Shown: positions 40,459 through 50,273, numbered from the stretch's first letter. The stretch: 64,000 nt of DNA from Longimicrobiales bacterium (GCA_965116905.1 OZ220732.1:3968001-4032000), one strand, 5' to 3'. A program made the numbers and translations. Notes: generated from the letters alone by a model not told the origin.

Positions 40459-41247
40459 ATGGAATGGATTGCGAATCCGGAAGCCTGGGTTGCCCTGGCC
40501 ACCCTCGCAGTGTTGGAGATCGTTCTGGGGATCGACAACATCATCTTCATATCGATTCTGGCCGACAAGCTGCCGAAGGAGCGTCAGGCGAGCGCGCGGC
40601 GTCTCGGCCTGCTGCTGGCGATGATCAGCCGCCTGGCCCTGTTGGGGACCATCAACATGATCATGCGGCTCACGGCGCCCCTCTTCAGCTTCGTGGGACA
40701 CGCCTTTTCGGGACGCGATCTGATCCTGATCGTCGGAGGGCTCTTTCTGCTGACCAAGGCCACCCGCGAGATCCACCATCGACTCGAGGGGGACGAAGAG
40801 CACGGCGGAAAGGCACGCGCCGCGAGCTACGGGGCCATCCTTGTCCAGATCGCCATCATGGACATGGTCTTCTCGCTCGACTCGGTGATCACCGCCGTGG
40901 GACTCGCGGAGGACTTCGCGGTGATGGCCATCGCCATCGTCCTCGCCGTCACCGTGATGCTGCTCGCCGCCAACGCGGTGTCGCGATTCGTCAATAATCA
41001 CCCGACGGTGAAGATGCTGGCCCTGAGCTTCCTTCTCCTGCTCGGCATGACGCTGGTGGCCGAGGGCTTCGGACAGCACATCCCGAAGGGGTACATCTAC
41101 TTCGCGATGGGCTTCTCGATCTTCGTGGAGGGCCTGAACCTCAGGGCCAGGGCGGGCCGGCCGGTCGAACTGCGGCCGGTCGAACTGCGGCGGCCCCCGC
41201 GGAAGCCGGCGCCGCAGACCGATCCGCCCGCGACCGGGGCCGGCTGA
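40459..41247 (+). CDS. TerC family membrane protein
   Basis: LEIVLGIDNIIFI, GRDLILIVGGLFL, DMVFSLDSVITAVG and KGYIYFAMGFS motifs. Confidence 0.93.
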   Translation: MEWIANPEAWVALATLAVLEIVLGIDNIIFISILADKLPKERQASARRLGLLLAMISRLALLGTINMIMRLTAPLFSFVGHAFSGRDLILIVGGLFLLTKATREIHHRLEGDEEHGGKARAASYGAILVQIAIMDMVFSLDSVITAVGLAEDFAVMAIAIVLAVTVMLLAANAVSRFVNNHPTVKMLALSFLLLLGMTLVAEGFGQHIPKGYIYFAMGFSIFVEGLNLRARAGRPVELRPVELRRPPRKPAPQTDPPATGAG

Positions 41248-41248
41248 G

Positions 41249-41322
<74 letters not shown>

Positions 41323-41333
41323 AAGGAGCAGTA

Positions 41334-41362
41334 ATGATCCAAGACGGCCGATCCGGGGTCAA
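41334..41362 (-). promoter_or_regulatory. Putative promoter of tRNA-Arg
   Basis: Minus strand TTGACC-N17-GATCAT just upstream of the tRNA. Confidence 0.45.
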
Positions 41363-41371
41363 GGGGAATGA

Positions 41372-41761
<390 letters not shown>

Positions 41762-41874
41762 CCTGAATGATGATAGCGAACGCGCGGCGCTGGCCATACC
41801 GGGCGGCCGGCAAGACATCGGAGCGTCGGCGTGAGCTGTCTCGTAACTCAAGTCACTGCAACGGAACAAATGTC

Positions 41875-41903
41875 TTGCGGGATTGTGGAAAACATGCGAT
41901 AAT
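41875..41903 (+). promoter_or_regulatory. Putative sigma70-type promoter with a DnaA-box match in the spacer
   Basis: TTGCGG-N17-GATAAT with an extended TG; the spacer contains TGTGGAAAA (reverse TTTTCCACA). Confidence 0.5.
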
Positions 41904-41959
41904 GCGTCCGTGACGTTTCCCGAGTCCCTGCCCTTCCAACCTGGAAACCCCAGCCAGGA

Positions 41960-42610
41960 ATGACCCGGAACCGCTTCGCGAAAACTTCGAGAGCCTGGTT
42001 CGGGCTCCTCGCGACAGCTGCCCTCGGATCGTCCCCATACGCCGCGTTCGCGGCATCTCCCGCCTCGTCGCAGGCGACCCAGACCACCCCCGGCGACAAC
42101 GACGAAGCGGTGGTCGTGTACCTGGTGCGTCACGCGGAACGCGCCGAGAACGGGACCGACGATCCGCCGCTGGCGCTTGCCGGCCAGATCCGCGTGCAGC
42201 AGCTCCTGGGAATGCTCGCGGACGTGGACCTGACCCACGTGCACACGACCGACTTCAAGCGCACGCGGGACACCGCCCGCCCCTTTGCCGAAAAAGCCGG
42301 CGTCGAGTCCGCGATCTACGATCCACGCGACCTGGAAGCCCTGGCCACGGAGATCGCGGGGACGCCGGGGCGCCATCTGGTCGCCGGTCACAGCAACACC
42401 ACGCCGCAGCTGGTGGCGGCCCTGGGTGGCGACCCGTCGGATCCGATCGACGAATTCGAATACGACCGGCTCTACATTGTGGTCATTCAGCCGGGCAAGC
42501 CGGCCATGACGACCCTCCTGCGCTTCGGAGAGCCGTACGTCGAGGGTCTGGACTTCGGCCTGCGCGCGGGATCGACCGCCCTCAGAAGCTCACAACCAGG
42601 GCCACGGTAA
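41960..42610 (+). CDS. Exported histidine phosphatase (phosphoglycerate mutase-like)
   Basis: Signal peptide; VYLVRHAE, KRTRDTA and LVAGHSNTTP motifs. Confidence 0.87.
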   Translation: MTRNRFAKTSRAWFGLLATAALGSSPYAAFAASPASSQATQTTPGDNDEAVVVYLVRHAERAENGTDDPPLALAGQIRVQQLLGMLADVDLTHVHTTDFKRTRDTARPFAEKAGVESAIYDPRDLEALATEIAGTPGRHLVAGHSNTTPQLVAALGGDPSDPIDEFEYDRLYIVVIQPGKPAMTTLLRFGEPYVEGLDFGLRAGSTALRSSQPGPR

Positions 42611-43466
42611 CGACCTGGTCCAGCTTCTTGCGGGGCACGAGCACCTCGCCTGCGGATTCGCCCAGTGCCGTCGACAACGGGACGCTGGCGAGCGCGGGAC
42701 GGTTGTCGAAGGTCGCACGGAAGGACGTCTTCAGGCCCAAGTGCTCGTTCATCGCGACGCTCAGCGAGTTCGTCCAGTCGGCGCGCACGTCACGGGTATC
42801 GTCGCCGTTCCCGTCGAGCACGAGGTCGCTTCGCCAGTCCGAGTTGTCCGTCAGCTGAAGCCGGAACTCGCACGACACCCTCGCTCCCAGGAAGCGGTCG
42901 CTCCACTCCGGATCCGGGACCACGTCCTGCTGGAGCGTGTGGGTGAGGCCGTAGGCGGTGCGCAAGCTCCGTCCCTCCGACTCGGTCCAGCGGGTGGAGA
43001 CGCCCAGGACATTGACGAGCCGGTTCTGAACGCCGGCGAAGGTGTTGCGGGTCCAGCCCGACTGTACAAAGAACGCGGTCCTCTCGGAGACCCTGCGGTC
43101 GAACCGCATCCTGGTGTAGTAGTTCTCCACCGACGTCAGCGTGGTGGACTGCTCGTCGATGCGGTAGTCGGTCGGCGTGCCCACGGCCGCGCGCGTCAGC
43201 CGCGTGGTGCGGGTTCGGATTCCTCCGGCTTCGATCTTGACGTCGCTGCGTTCCCATGAACGGGTCAGCGTGGTTGCGATTCCGAGCGTCGACGACACCG
43301 CGTTGCCGCCGGTGCGCACGAAGCTGAGTTCGCTCGAATTCATCCAGCGGCCCTGGTCCTGGAGCGCGCCGGCCGCCGAGGACGGCACAAGCAGGAGACA
43401 CAAGGCCGCTGCCGAAGCCAGGGCGTGACTCGGGGCCGCCGGCCACAATATCGTTGCTGTCTTCAC
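42582..43466 (-). CDS. DUF481/YdiY-like outer-membrane beta-barrel protein
   Basis: Signal peptide, SFVRTGGN, amphipathic beta strands and a C-terminal Phe (ALVVSF). Confidence 0.78.
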   Translation of the reverse strand: MKTATILWPAAPSHALASAAALCLLLVPSSAAGALQDQGRWMNSSELSFVRTGGNAVSSTLGIATTLTRSWERSDVKIEAGGIRTRTTRLTRAAVGTPTDYRIDEQSTTLTSVENYYTRMRFDRRVSERTAFFVQSGWTRNTFAGVQNRLVNVLGVSTRWTESEGRSLRTAYGLTHTLQQDVVPDPEWSDRFLGARVSCEFRLQLTDNSDWRSDLVLDGNGDDTRDVRADWTNSLSVAMNEHLGLKTSFRATFDNRPALASVPLSTALGESAGEVLVPRKKLDQVVTVALVVSF

Positions 43467-43504
43467 GTTCCGTCCCTTCCCTTCCCTTGGAGTTGTTCCC
43501 AACG

Positions 43505-44155
43505 ATGGCACGTTACGCTACGGAGTTCACCGGCGCGTTCTTCCTTGTGCTCACGATCGGTCTGGTCACCGTTCAGGGCGTCGTGCCCGCGCCCGTCGCC
43601 ATCGGTGCGGCCCTGATGGTGCTGGTCTACATGGGCGGACACATCTCGGGCGCGCACTACAACCCGGCGATCAGCATCGCGATCATGGTGCGGGGCAAGC
43701 TCGACCGCCGTGAACTGGTCCCCTATGCGATGGCCCAGGTTGCGGGCGCCGCCCTCGCCGCGCTGGTCGTCGCCGGTCTGACTGGCAGGTTCCTTGTTGT
43801 GGCCCCGGCCTCCGGCACTTCCGCCATCGTCGCGCTGCTCGCCGAACTGCTGTATACCTTCGCGCTGGCGCTGGTGATCCTGAACGTAGCAACCTCGCCG
43901 CGCACCGAAGGCAACTCCTACTACGGACTGGCCATCGGATTCACGGTGATGGCCGGCGCCTTTGCGGTCGGCGGGATCTCCGGCGGAGTCTTCAACCCGG
44001 CGGTGGGAACCGGTCCGATCCTGGTGGCGCTGGCGGATGGTGGTTCCCTCGGTGCGCTGTGGATCTACTGGGCGGGACCACTTGCTGGAGCGCTCCTCGC
44101 GGTACCGGTTTACCGACTTCAGCACCCGACTACCGGCGAGAGTGAGCGAGGGTAG
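43505..44155 (+). CDS. Aquaporin (MIP family)
   Basis: Two NPA motifs (ISGAHYNPA, SGGVFNPA) and WIYWAGPLAGA. Confidence 0.93.
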   Translation: MARYATEFTGAFFLVLTIGLVTVQGVVPAPVAIGAALMVLVYMGGHISGAHYNPAISIAIMVRGKLDRRELVPYAMAQVAGAALAALVVAGLTGRFLVVAPASGTSAIVALLAELLYTFALALVILNVATSPRTEGNSYYGLAIGFTVMAGAFAVGGISGGVFNPAVGTGPILVALADGGSLGALWIYWAGPLAGALLAVPVYRLQHPTTGESERG

Positions 44156-44198
44156 CACCGCACCGCGGAAGCCGCCCGCAGCGTTTTCGGCAAGTCCG

Positions 44199-44786
44199 CT
44201 ACCAGACGGTCACGTATCCGTCAGCTGCGAGGTCCCAGCGCCGACCGTAGACGTGGAGTCGCCTGGTCGGCACGCCGCCGTCCGTGAGCATTCCCCCGGC
44301 GTGCGTCCATCCGAGGACACTGCCTTCCAGGTTCATCATGTCGACACCGCGCTCGCGCATGCTGCGGGCGTAGGCCGAACTGCGGGCGCCGATCGTGCAG
44401 TACGCGACCAGGGTGCGGCCGCTTCGCCCGAGTTCGTCCAGGCGGTCCTCGAAGTCTTCGGCCGTGATCGCCCTGGGCAGCGTCGACACGGCCCGCTCCG
44501 CGTCGGTCCGCACGTCCACCAGCACGATGTCGGCCGATGGCAGCGCGCGCCTGAGCGACTCCGGAGAGATCGTCGGGACATCGGGATAGTCGGCCTTCAG
44601 TGCCTCCACCAGCCGGAGCACAGCCGCGTGCCGGGCCTCCTCGGTTCCGCGGGCCTGGGCGTGGGCCGGGGCGGGGGGCGCCACGCATGCCGCCAGAGCG
44701 AGCAGCACGACGCACCTCCGCATGAGTTTCGGGGTCCGCATGAGTTTCAGGGTCCGCATGAGTTTCGGGGCGGGGGCGTCACGCAT
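44199..44786 (-). CDS. Exported single-domain rhodanese
   Basis: Signal peptide ending AHA-Q; LVDVRT, active loop YCTIGARS, NLEGSVLGW. Several in-frame ATGs lie in the N-terminal repeat. Confidence 0.85.
   Translation of the reverse strand: MRDAPAPKLMRTLKLMRTPKLMRRCVVLLALAACVAPPAPAHAQARGTEEARHAAVLRLVEALKADYPDVPTISPESLRRALPSADIVLVDVRTDAERAVSTLPRAITAEDFEDRLDELGRSGRTLVAYCTIGARSSAYARSMRERGVDMMNLEGSVLGWTHAGGMLTDGGVPTRRLHVYGRRWDLAADGYVTVW
44717..44770. repeat. 18-bp tandem repeat x3 containing start codons
   Basis: TCCGCATGAGTTTCGGGG / TCCGCATGAGTTTCAGGG / TCCGCATGAGTTTCGGGG, encoding PKLMRT-LKLMRT-PKLMRR. Confidence 0.9.
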
Positions 44787-46194
44787 GCCGGTATGCCGGG
44801 GTGAAGATGTCGTTCACGGCCGCGACCCGGAAGCCCTCTCGCTCGAGCAACGACGCGGCGGCGGATGCGCGCGCACCGCTGAGGCAGTGGACGAGCAGTT
44901 CCCCGTCGCGCGGGAGCTCCTCGAGTCGCGCGGCGAGCCGCGTGTGGGCGATGTTCGTCGCACCGTCGATGCACGACCGTTCGAACTCGGTGGCGCGCCG
45001 CACGTCCAGCACGTGCACGCCGGCGGCGGCGCGGCGGCGCTCCAGTTCGGCGAAGTCGATGGCCTCGATGCTTGCGAGGCGGGTGCCGTTGGTGCGGCAC
45101 GCTTCCAGTTCCGCGGGCGTCGTCCAGGCCGTGACCCGGTCGAGGCCGATCCTGACCAGGTCGCGCACCGCTTCGTCGACCTGTGCCTCTTCGCAGACCA
45201 GCGCGATCCGCGCCGCCGGGTCGATGTAGCAACCCGCGATCGTGGGGAAGGACTTGTTGAGCGGCGCGTAGATGGAACCCGGGACGTGGGCTTCATAGTA
45301 GCCCAGCCGATCGGCGCGGGTATCGAGGACGATCGACCCGGGGTCGGCGGCCAGGGACAGGAGTTCGGCGCCCGTCAGCCGCCTGGGCCGGGGCAAGGGG
45401 CCGAGCAGCGCGGGGCCGCGCCGGTTCTCGACCTTCATGCGACCGAAGTAGAGGGGGGGCTCGGGCTGGCCGTCGAGGATGTACGAGACGAAGGCCTCCT
45501 CGCCGCTCCGAACGGCCGCCAGCGCGGGACTGAACCGCTTCTCGTAGCCGGCGGTGGTGTCGGGGACCGCGCCGAGAGCCTTGCCGCAGGCGCTGCCGGC
45601 GCCGTGGCCGGGCCAGATACGCAGGTAGTCCGGCAGTTCGAAGATCCCGACCGCGGAGCCGTAGAGACGGCGCGCCGAGGGTTCCATCTCGCCCGCGAGA
45701 CCCGCGGCCGACTCGAGGAGGTCGGGGCGGCCGAGATCGCCGACGAAGATGAAGTCGCCCGAAACCATGCCCATGGGCTCGGAGGCGCCGCTTCCCCGGT
45801 CGGTGATCATGAAGCTCAGGTGCTCGGGCGTGTGGCCGGGGGTGTGCACGGCCCGGATATCGATTCCCCCTACGCTGAAACCGTCTCCGTCGCGCAGCAG
45901 GGTGACCCGGTCGCGGCCCTCGGCCCATTCGTACTCCCAGTCCGGTCCGCCCTCTGCCGAAAGGTAGGCGCGGCACCCGAGGCGATCCGTGAACTCCAGG
46001 CACCCCGAGAGGAAATCGGCGTGAATGTGGGTCTCCGTCACGGCCGTGATCCGCAGTCCCTCCCGCCGCGCGAGCGCCACGTAGCGGTCGATGTCGCGCT
46101 GCGGGTCGATCACGACGGCCTCGCGCGAACGCTGGCACCCCACGAGGTACGCGTGCTGAGCCAGCTTGTCGTCGACGATCTGTCTGAAGAACAT
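44779..46194 (-). CDS. MBL-fold persulfide dioxygenase fused to two rhodanese domains (CstB-like)
   Basis: ETHIHADFLSG, TPGHTPEH, GDLGRPDL, PGHGAGSACG and QPEPPLYF motifs; C-terminal rhodanese HCLSGAR. Confidence 0.85.
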   Translation of the reverse strand: MFFRQIVDDKLAQHAYLVGCQRSREAVVIDPQRDIDRYVALARREGLRITAVTETHIHADFLSGCLEFTDRLGCRAYLSAEGGPDWEYEWAEGRDRVTLLRDGDGFSVGGIDIRAVHTPGHTPEHLSFMITDRGSGASEPMGMVSGDFIFVGDLGRPDLLESAAGLAGEMEPSARRLYGSAVGIFELPDYLRIWPGHGAGSACGKALGAVPDTTAGYEKRFSPALAAVRSGEEAFVSYILDGQPEPPLYFGRMKVENRRGPALLGPLPRPRRLTGAELLSLAADPGSIVLDTRADRLGYYEAHVPGSIYAPLNKSFPTIAGCYIDPAARIALVCEEAQVDEAVRDLVRIGLDRVTAWTTPAELEACRTNGTRLASIEAIDFAELERRRAAAGVHVLDVRRATEFERSCIDGATNIAHTRLAARLEELPRDGELLVHCLSGARASAAASLLEREGFRVAAVNDIFTPAYRHA

Positions 46195-46305
46195 GTGTTT
46201 CCTAACGGACCCGCGGCCCTGCCTGTCGTAGACGCGGAACGTGCAAGCTAAGGCGCGTTCCCGGAGAATGCAGTATCGAGCCTTTCAACATAGGAAGAAA
46301 TCACG

Positions 46306-46866
46306 ATGAATACGGCAAACGGGAACATCCGGACGACGACCGCCGCGGCTCTCTTGCTTGTTGCGGCAGCGGCAGTGGCCGCGGAGCACGCCGAGGGTCA
46401 GCGGCGGGGGAATATGGGGATGCGTGCCCGGGGTGCGGGCGCGTCGACGGTCGAGTACGCGCTGAGGCGCGCCGAAGCGCTCGAGCTGACCGAGGACCAG
46501 GTGACCCGCCTGGAAGCGCTTCGGGTCGGTGTGGTGGCGGAGAGAAGCGCTAACGCCGCCAGGCTCATGGAACTGTCCTCGGAAGTCCGCGCCGGGATCA
46601 CGGAGCGCGGCGCCATTCGGGAGGAACTGGCAGCGCTGCGGGAGGCGGGCGCGACCAACCGCGGGAACCTCCGCGACCAGCTCGGCGACATCCTCACCAG
46701 CGACCAGCAGGAGGAGCTCCGTAGGGCGCTCAGGCGCGCGGTGTGGCAGAACCGGCGCGGAACGATTCCGCGTGTCGACCGGCAGCGCGGTCCGTGGCGC
46801 GGGCGGGGCCTCGACCGCAACCGGAGGGGACCTCGGGCCCCGAGGCGCGATCGCCCGGGACGCTGA
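46306..46866 (+). CDS. Spy/CpxP-like periplasmic helical protein
   Basis: Signal peptide; LELTEDQ and ILTSDQQ (LTxxQ motifs); Arg/Gly-rich tail. Confidence 0.65.
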   Translation: MNTANGNIRTTTAAALLLVAAAAVAAEHAEGQRRGNMGMRARGAGASTVEYALRRAEALELTEDQVTRLEALRVGVVAERSANAARLMELSSEVRAGITERGAIREELAALREAGATNRGNLRDQLGDILTSDQQEELRRALRRAVWQNRRGTIPRVDRQRGPWRGRGLDRNRRGPRAPRRDRPGR

Positions 46867-46919
46867 CCCCGGAACGGGACACGAACCCGGAGTTATGATA
46901 TATTGGGCACGCTTCCCGC

Positions 46920-46992
46920 GCCCTGCTAGCTCAACTGGTAGAGCATCCGACTCTTAATCGGCAGGTTCGGGGTTCGAGTCCCTGGCGGGGCA
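46920..46992 (+). tRNA. tRNA-Lys (anticodon CTT)
   Basis: GCCCTGCTAGCTCAACTGGTAGAGCATCCGACTCTTAATCGGCAGGTTCGGGGTTCGAGTCCCTGGCGGGGCA cloverleaf; extended -10-like TGATATATT at 46896-46904; CCA is not encoded. Confidence 0.93.
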
Positions 46993-46997
46993 CTGGC

Positions 46998-47033
46998 ATG
47001 GGGTGGCTTCGGCGATGGCCGGGGCCACCCCAT
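46998..47033. terminator. 16-bp stem hairpin between convergent tRNA-Lys and the isomerase gene
   Basis: ATGGGGTGGCTTCGGC-GATG-GCCGGGGCCACCCCAT (two G-U pairs); no long U tract. Confidence 0.55.
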
Positions 47034-47036
47034 CGT

Positions 47037-48050
47037 TCATGGCAGGTATGCGCGCAGGGCGACCACGGCCTGGTCGGCACGGACCCGGAACCGGCCGATG
47101 GCGGCGGGCAGCAGCGCGAATCCGACCGATCCCAACCGGAGCGCGTCGTTCCGCCCGGCTTCCAGAGTCGCCGAACCCGACAGGACGCCCCATACCTCAC
47201 ACGTCTCGCCGTCGCGGAGGGCCTCGAAGTCGCACCCGGCGTCCAGGCCCACCCGTTCGACCACGAATTCGGCGCATTCGGCCAGCACCTCGCGCTTCAC
47301 CCCATCGCCGTCGTGGACCAGCCGCGGGCCAGCGGGCGCGGCAGCGGTGCCCGAGAAGTCGATCACGTCCAGCGCGCGCTCGACGTGCAGTTGCCGCGGC
47401 TTTCCGTCGGGACCCGGGCGGTCCCAGTCGTGGACCCGGTAGGTCGTGTCCGAACACTGCTGGATCTCGACCAGGACGATCCCCGACAGGATGCCGTGCA
47501 CCGTACCCGCCGGGACGAGGATCGCGTCCCCGGGCTCGACCGGCACCCGGTTGAGGCAGTCCGGCACGGTGCCGCGCGAGACCGCGCGGCGGAGCGCGGC
47601 CCGGTCGGTGCCCGCCCGGAGCCCGTGTATGACGCAGGCCCCCTCCTCGGCGTGGAGGACGTACCACATCTCGGTCTTGCCGGATTCGCCCAGTTCGTGG
47701 GCGGCGGCGTACTCGTTGTCCGGGTGCACCTGAACCGACAGCGCATGGGTTGCGTCGAGCAGCTTGACGAGGAGCGGGAACACGCCCCGCTCGGCGGCCT
47801 CCCGCCCGCGCGTGCCCACGAGCGCAACCCCGTACTCGGCTACGAGGCCGGGCAGGTCACGCCCCGAAAGCGGTCCCCGGTCCACCACGGACGGCTCGCT
47901 CGCGTGCCCCGACACCTCCCAGCTCTCGGCGACGACGCCGTCCGGGAGGTCGCGGCCGAGGAGGTCCGCCAGGCGCCGCCCGCCCCACATGTAGTGTTTG
48001 AGTCGCGGCGCGAAGGTCAGGGGGGCCGAAAGGGCGTGCGGTGTGGCCAT
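47037..48050 (-). CDS. manA: Mannose-6-phosphate isomerase, type I (cupin)
   Basis: WGG, AESWEVS, FPLLVKLLDA, LSVQVHP, GKTEMWY and EIQQCSDTTYR motifs; ATG at 48050. Confidence 0.88.
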   Translation of the reverse strand: MATPHALSAPLTFAPRLKHYMWGGRRLADLLGRDLPDGVVAESWEVSGHASEPSVVDRGPLSGRDLPGLVAEYGVALVGTRGREAAERGVFPLLVKLLDATHALSVQVHPDNEYAAAHELGESGKTEMWYVLHAEEGACVIHGLRAGTDRAALRRAVSRGTVPDCLNRVPVEPGDAILVPAGTVHGILSGIVLVEIQQCSDTTYRVHDWDRPGPDGKPRQLHVERALDVIDFSGTAAAPAGPRLVHDGDGVKREVLAECAEFVVERVGLDAGCDFEALRDGETCEVWGVLSGSATLEAGRNDALRLGSVGFALLPAAIGRFRVRADQAVVALRAYLP

Positions 48051-48123
48051 GCAGGTAAGATATGGCCGCGCGCCTCCACGGACCGCCAGGCACCGGACAC
48101 TTCGCCCGGTGCCCGGCTCACGG

Positions 48124-49797
48124 TCACCTCGTCGTGAACGTGATCGGCAGCTGGACCCAGACCGGCACAGCCTGGTCCCGATTGAGCGCCGGGGTGAACC
48201 GGAAAACGGGCGCGACCCGCAACGCGGCCTCGTCCAGCGCCTCGTTGCCGGAGCTCGTCGCGACCTCCTGGCCCTGCACCACTCCCGTCTCGTCGATGAA
48301 GAACCACACGACTGTCGTGCCACCGATTCCGGCATCGCGGAGCAGCGGCGGATACTCGCGCTCCAGTGCCCTCATGACTTCGGCACCGTTGACGTAGTCG
48401 GGCTTGACGGTGAACGGCGTCAAGACCGGCCCGGCCGAAATGTCCGCCGCGGCGCCGTCGGCTTCGGCGCGCGCACGCTCGGCCTCCGCCCTTAGCTCGG
48501 CCACCATGGCCGCGCGCTCGGCCGCCGCTCGCTGCTCAGCCTCCGCCTCGGCCTCCTGAGCCCCCGAATCCATCGTGAACGTGACCGGCAAGCTGACCCA
48601 GACCGGCACGGCCCGATCACGATTCATCGCCGGGGTGAACCTGAACACACGCGCGACCCGCAGGGCGGCCTCATCGAGGGCGGTGTGCCCACTGGTCTCG
48701 TTAATGATCTGGTTCTGCACCGTCCCGGTCTCGTCGATGAAGAACCACACGATCGCGGTGCCTCCGATGCCGGCATCCCGCAGCAACGGCGGGTACTCGC
48801 TCTGGAGCGCCGCCATGATCTCTGCCCGGTTGACGTAGTCGGGCTTCACCGTATAGGGCGTGAAGACCGGCTCGGCGGAGACGTCCATCCCGGCTCCGGG
48901 CTCCATCCTGGCGCCCTCGCCCGTGATGCCCGGAATCACCACCGCAAGCCCGACGACCAGGATCGCGCCGAAGAGCAGCATCGCGCCCTGGGCCAGCCTG
49001 ATCTGGGGCGCCTTGCCCAGCAGCGCGCGTATGCGTCGTTCCAGCAGTGAGGGCTGTTCCGCAAGCGCCGCCACCGCCACGCCCGGCAGGAGCCCGCGCG
49101 CTGTCCCGACGCGAAGCAGCAGGTCTCCGTACAGCGCCCGTCTGTCGGGCCACCGGCGCATCACGCGGCTGTCGCAATCGAGTTCGAGCGCAAGGCCGAG
49201 ACGATGGTACTGGATCCACAGCGCGGGATTCCAGGGGAACGCGACAAGCAGCGCCGCAGCCAGAAAGCGAAGCTGTGCGTCGCGCGCCCTCTGGTGCTCC
49301 TCCTCGTGCGCCAGAACCAGTTCCTGCCGCTCCCGGCCCGCACCCCGCACCCACTCGGGAAGCACGATTCGCGAGGCGAAAAGCCCCACGACGGCCGGGC
49401 CGGAGTCGCGCGACCACAGCACCCGGCGCCCGAGCAGCGTGCCCTCTCGCCAGGACGCGCGGCGACGGACGAACCGCGAGGCGCCGATCAGCGCCGTGAT
49501 CAGCAGCACCGCCGAAAGGCCGGCCCAGCCCAGCTGCAGCACTCCGTCCAGGGAGTGGAGCGCCGAGTCGCCCGTGACGGTCAGGGGCTCCAGCATGATC
49601 GGGGCCGACGGGGGTGGGCCGGATGCCTCGCCGACGCCACTCGTGAACAGACGCACCGCCGGGAGAATCACCGTTCCGGCCCCGGCAGCCATCCACACCC
49701 AGCGCCGCCGACCGTCCAGCAGCCGTTCCAGGGCAAGTCCCGCGACGAGGAAAAGGAGCCCTGCTCCAATCGACCATAGCATCCACGCGGCAATCAT
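48124..49797 (-). CDS. M56 (BlaR1/MecR1) membrane metallopeptidase fused to two TonB C-terminal domains
   Basis: GPAVVG, LAHEEEH (HExxH), PWNPALW, ELDCD and LERRI motifs; two near-identical YPPLLRDAGIGGT...LDEAALRVA...FTPAxNRD domains. Confidence 0.88.
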   Translation of the reverse strand: MIAAWMLWSIGAGLLFLVAGLALERLLDGRRRWVWMAAGAGTVILPAVRLFTSGVGEASGPPPSAPIMLEPLTVTGDSALHSLDGVLQLGWAGLSAVLLITALIGASRFVRRRASWREGTLLGRRVLWSRDSGPAVVGLFASRIVLPEWVRGAGRERQELVLAHEEEHQRARDAQLRFLAAALLVAFPWNPALWIQYHRLGLALELDCDSRVMRRWPDRRALYGDLLLRVGTARGLLPGVAVAALAEQPSLLERRIRALLGKAPQIRLAQGAMLLFGAILVVGLAVVIPGITGEGARMEPGAGMDVSAEPVFTPYTVKPDYVNRAEIMAALQSEYPPLLRDAGIGGTAIVWFFIDETGTVQNQIINETSGHTALDEAALRVARVFRFTPAMNRDRAVPVWVSLPVTFTMDSGAQEAEAEAEQRAAAERAAMVAELRAEAERARAEADGAAADISAGPVLTPFTVKPDYVNGAEVMRALEREYPPLLRDAGIGGTTVVWFFIDETGVVQGQEVATSSGNEALDEAALRVAPVFRFTPALNRDQAVPVWVQLPITFTTR

Positions 49798-50189
49798 TCG
49801 TCTTCTCCTTCTTCGGGGCGGCCCGCCGCCGCCAGGCGCTGGTCAAGCAACTCGCGGAGCCGCTTCACGGCTTCCGGCGACAGCTGTTCGTCCGATACCA
49901 GCTGGGTCATGAGGAGCTCCGCCGAACCTGAAAAGACCTTGTCCTTCAGTCGGCCGAGCACGGAACGTCCGGCCTCCACCCTGCCCAGCAGCGGCTGGTA
50001 CCGGTGGGCCCGCCCTTCCTTCACGTGGTTCACCATGCCCTTGGCCTCCAGAATGCGCAGCATGGTGAGGACGGTGTTGTAGGCCAGATCGTCGTCAAGG
50101 CGCTCGCGGACCTCGGCGACGGTCGCCGATCCCTGGTCCCACAAGACAGCCATGATGTCCATCTCTCGAGTGGTGAGCGTTCGGCTCAT
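49794..50189 (-). CDS. BlaI/MecI/CopY family repressor
   Basis: LTTREMDIMAVLW, LAYNTVLTMLRILEAKG and GRAHRY motifs; the stop overlaps the M56 start. Confidence 0.92.
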   Translation of the reverse strand: MSRTLTTREMDIMAVLWDQGSATVAEVRERLDDDLAYNTVLTMLRILEAKGMVNHVKEGRAHRYQPLLGRVEAGRSVLGRLKDKVFSGSAELLMTQLVSDEQLSPEAVKRLRELLDQRLAAAGRPEEGEDE

Positions 50190-50273
50190 GCCATCTCCTT
50201 CTGCGGGCATCCACCCGCGCCTGGCGGTGAACGGCGCGTGCTCCGGACTTTCGGGCCGGGGGGCGTCGAAACA

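Noticed and set aside
42582..42610. 29-bp convergent overlap of the phosphatase and DUF481 genes
   Set aside because: Short 3' overlaps are common in compact GC-rich genomes; no further signal.
46236..46259. GGAAC...CGTT ECF-type promoter upstream of the Spy/CpxP-like gene
   Set aside because: The spacer is only 15 nt and such short motifs are frequent by chance; insufficient support.
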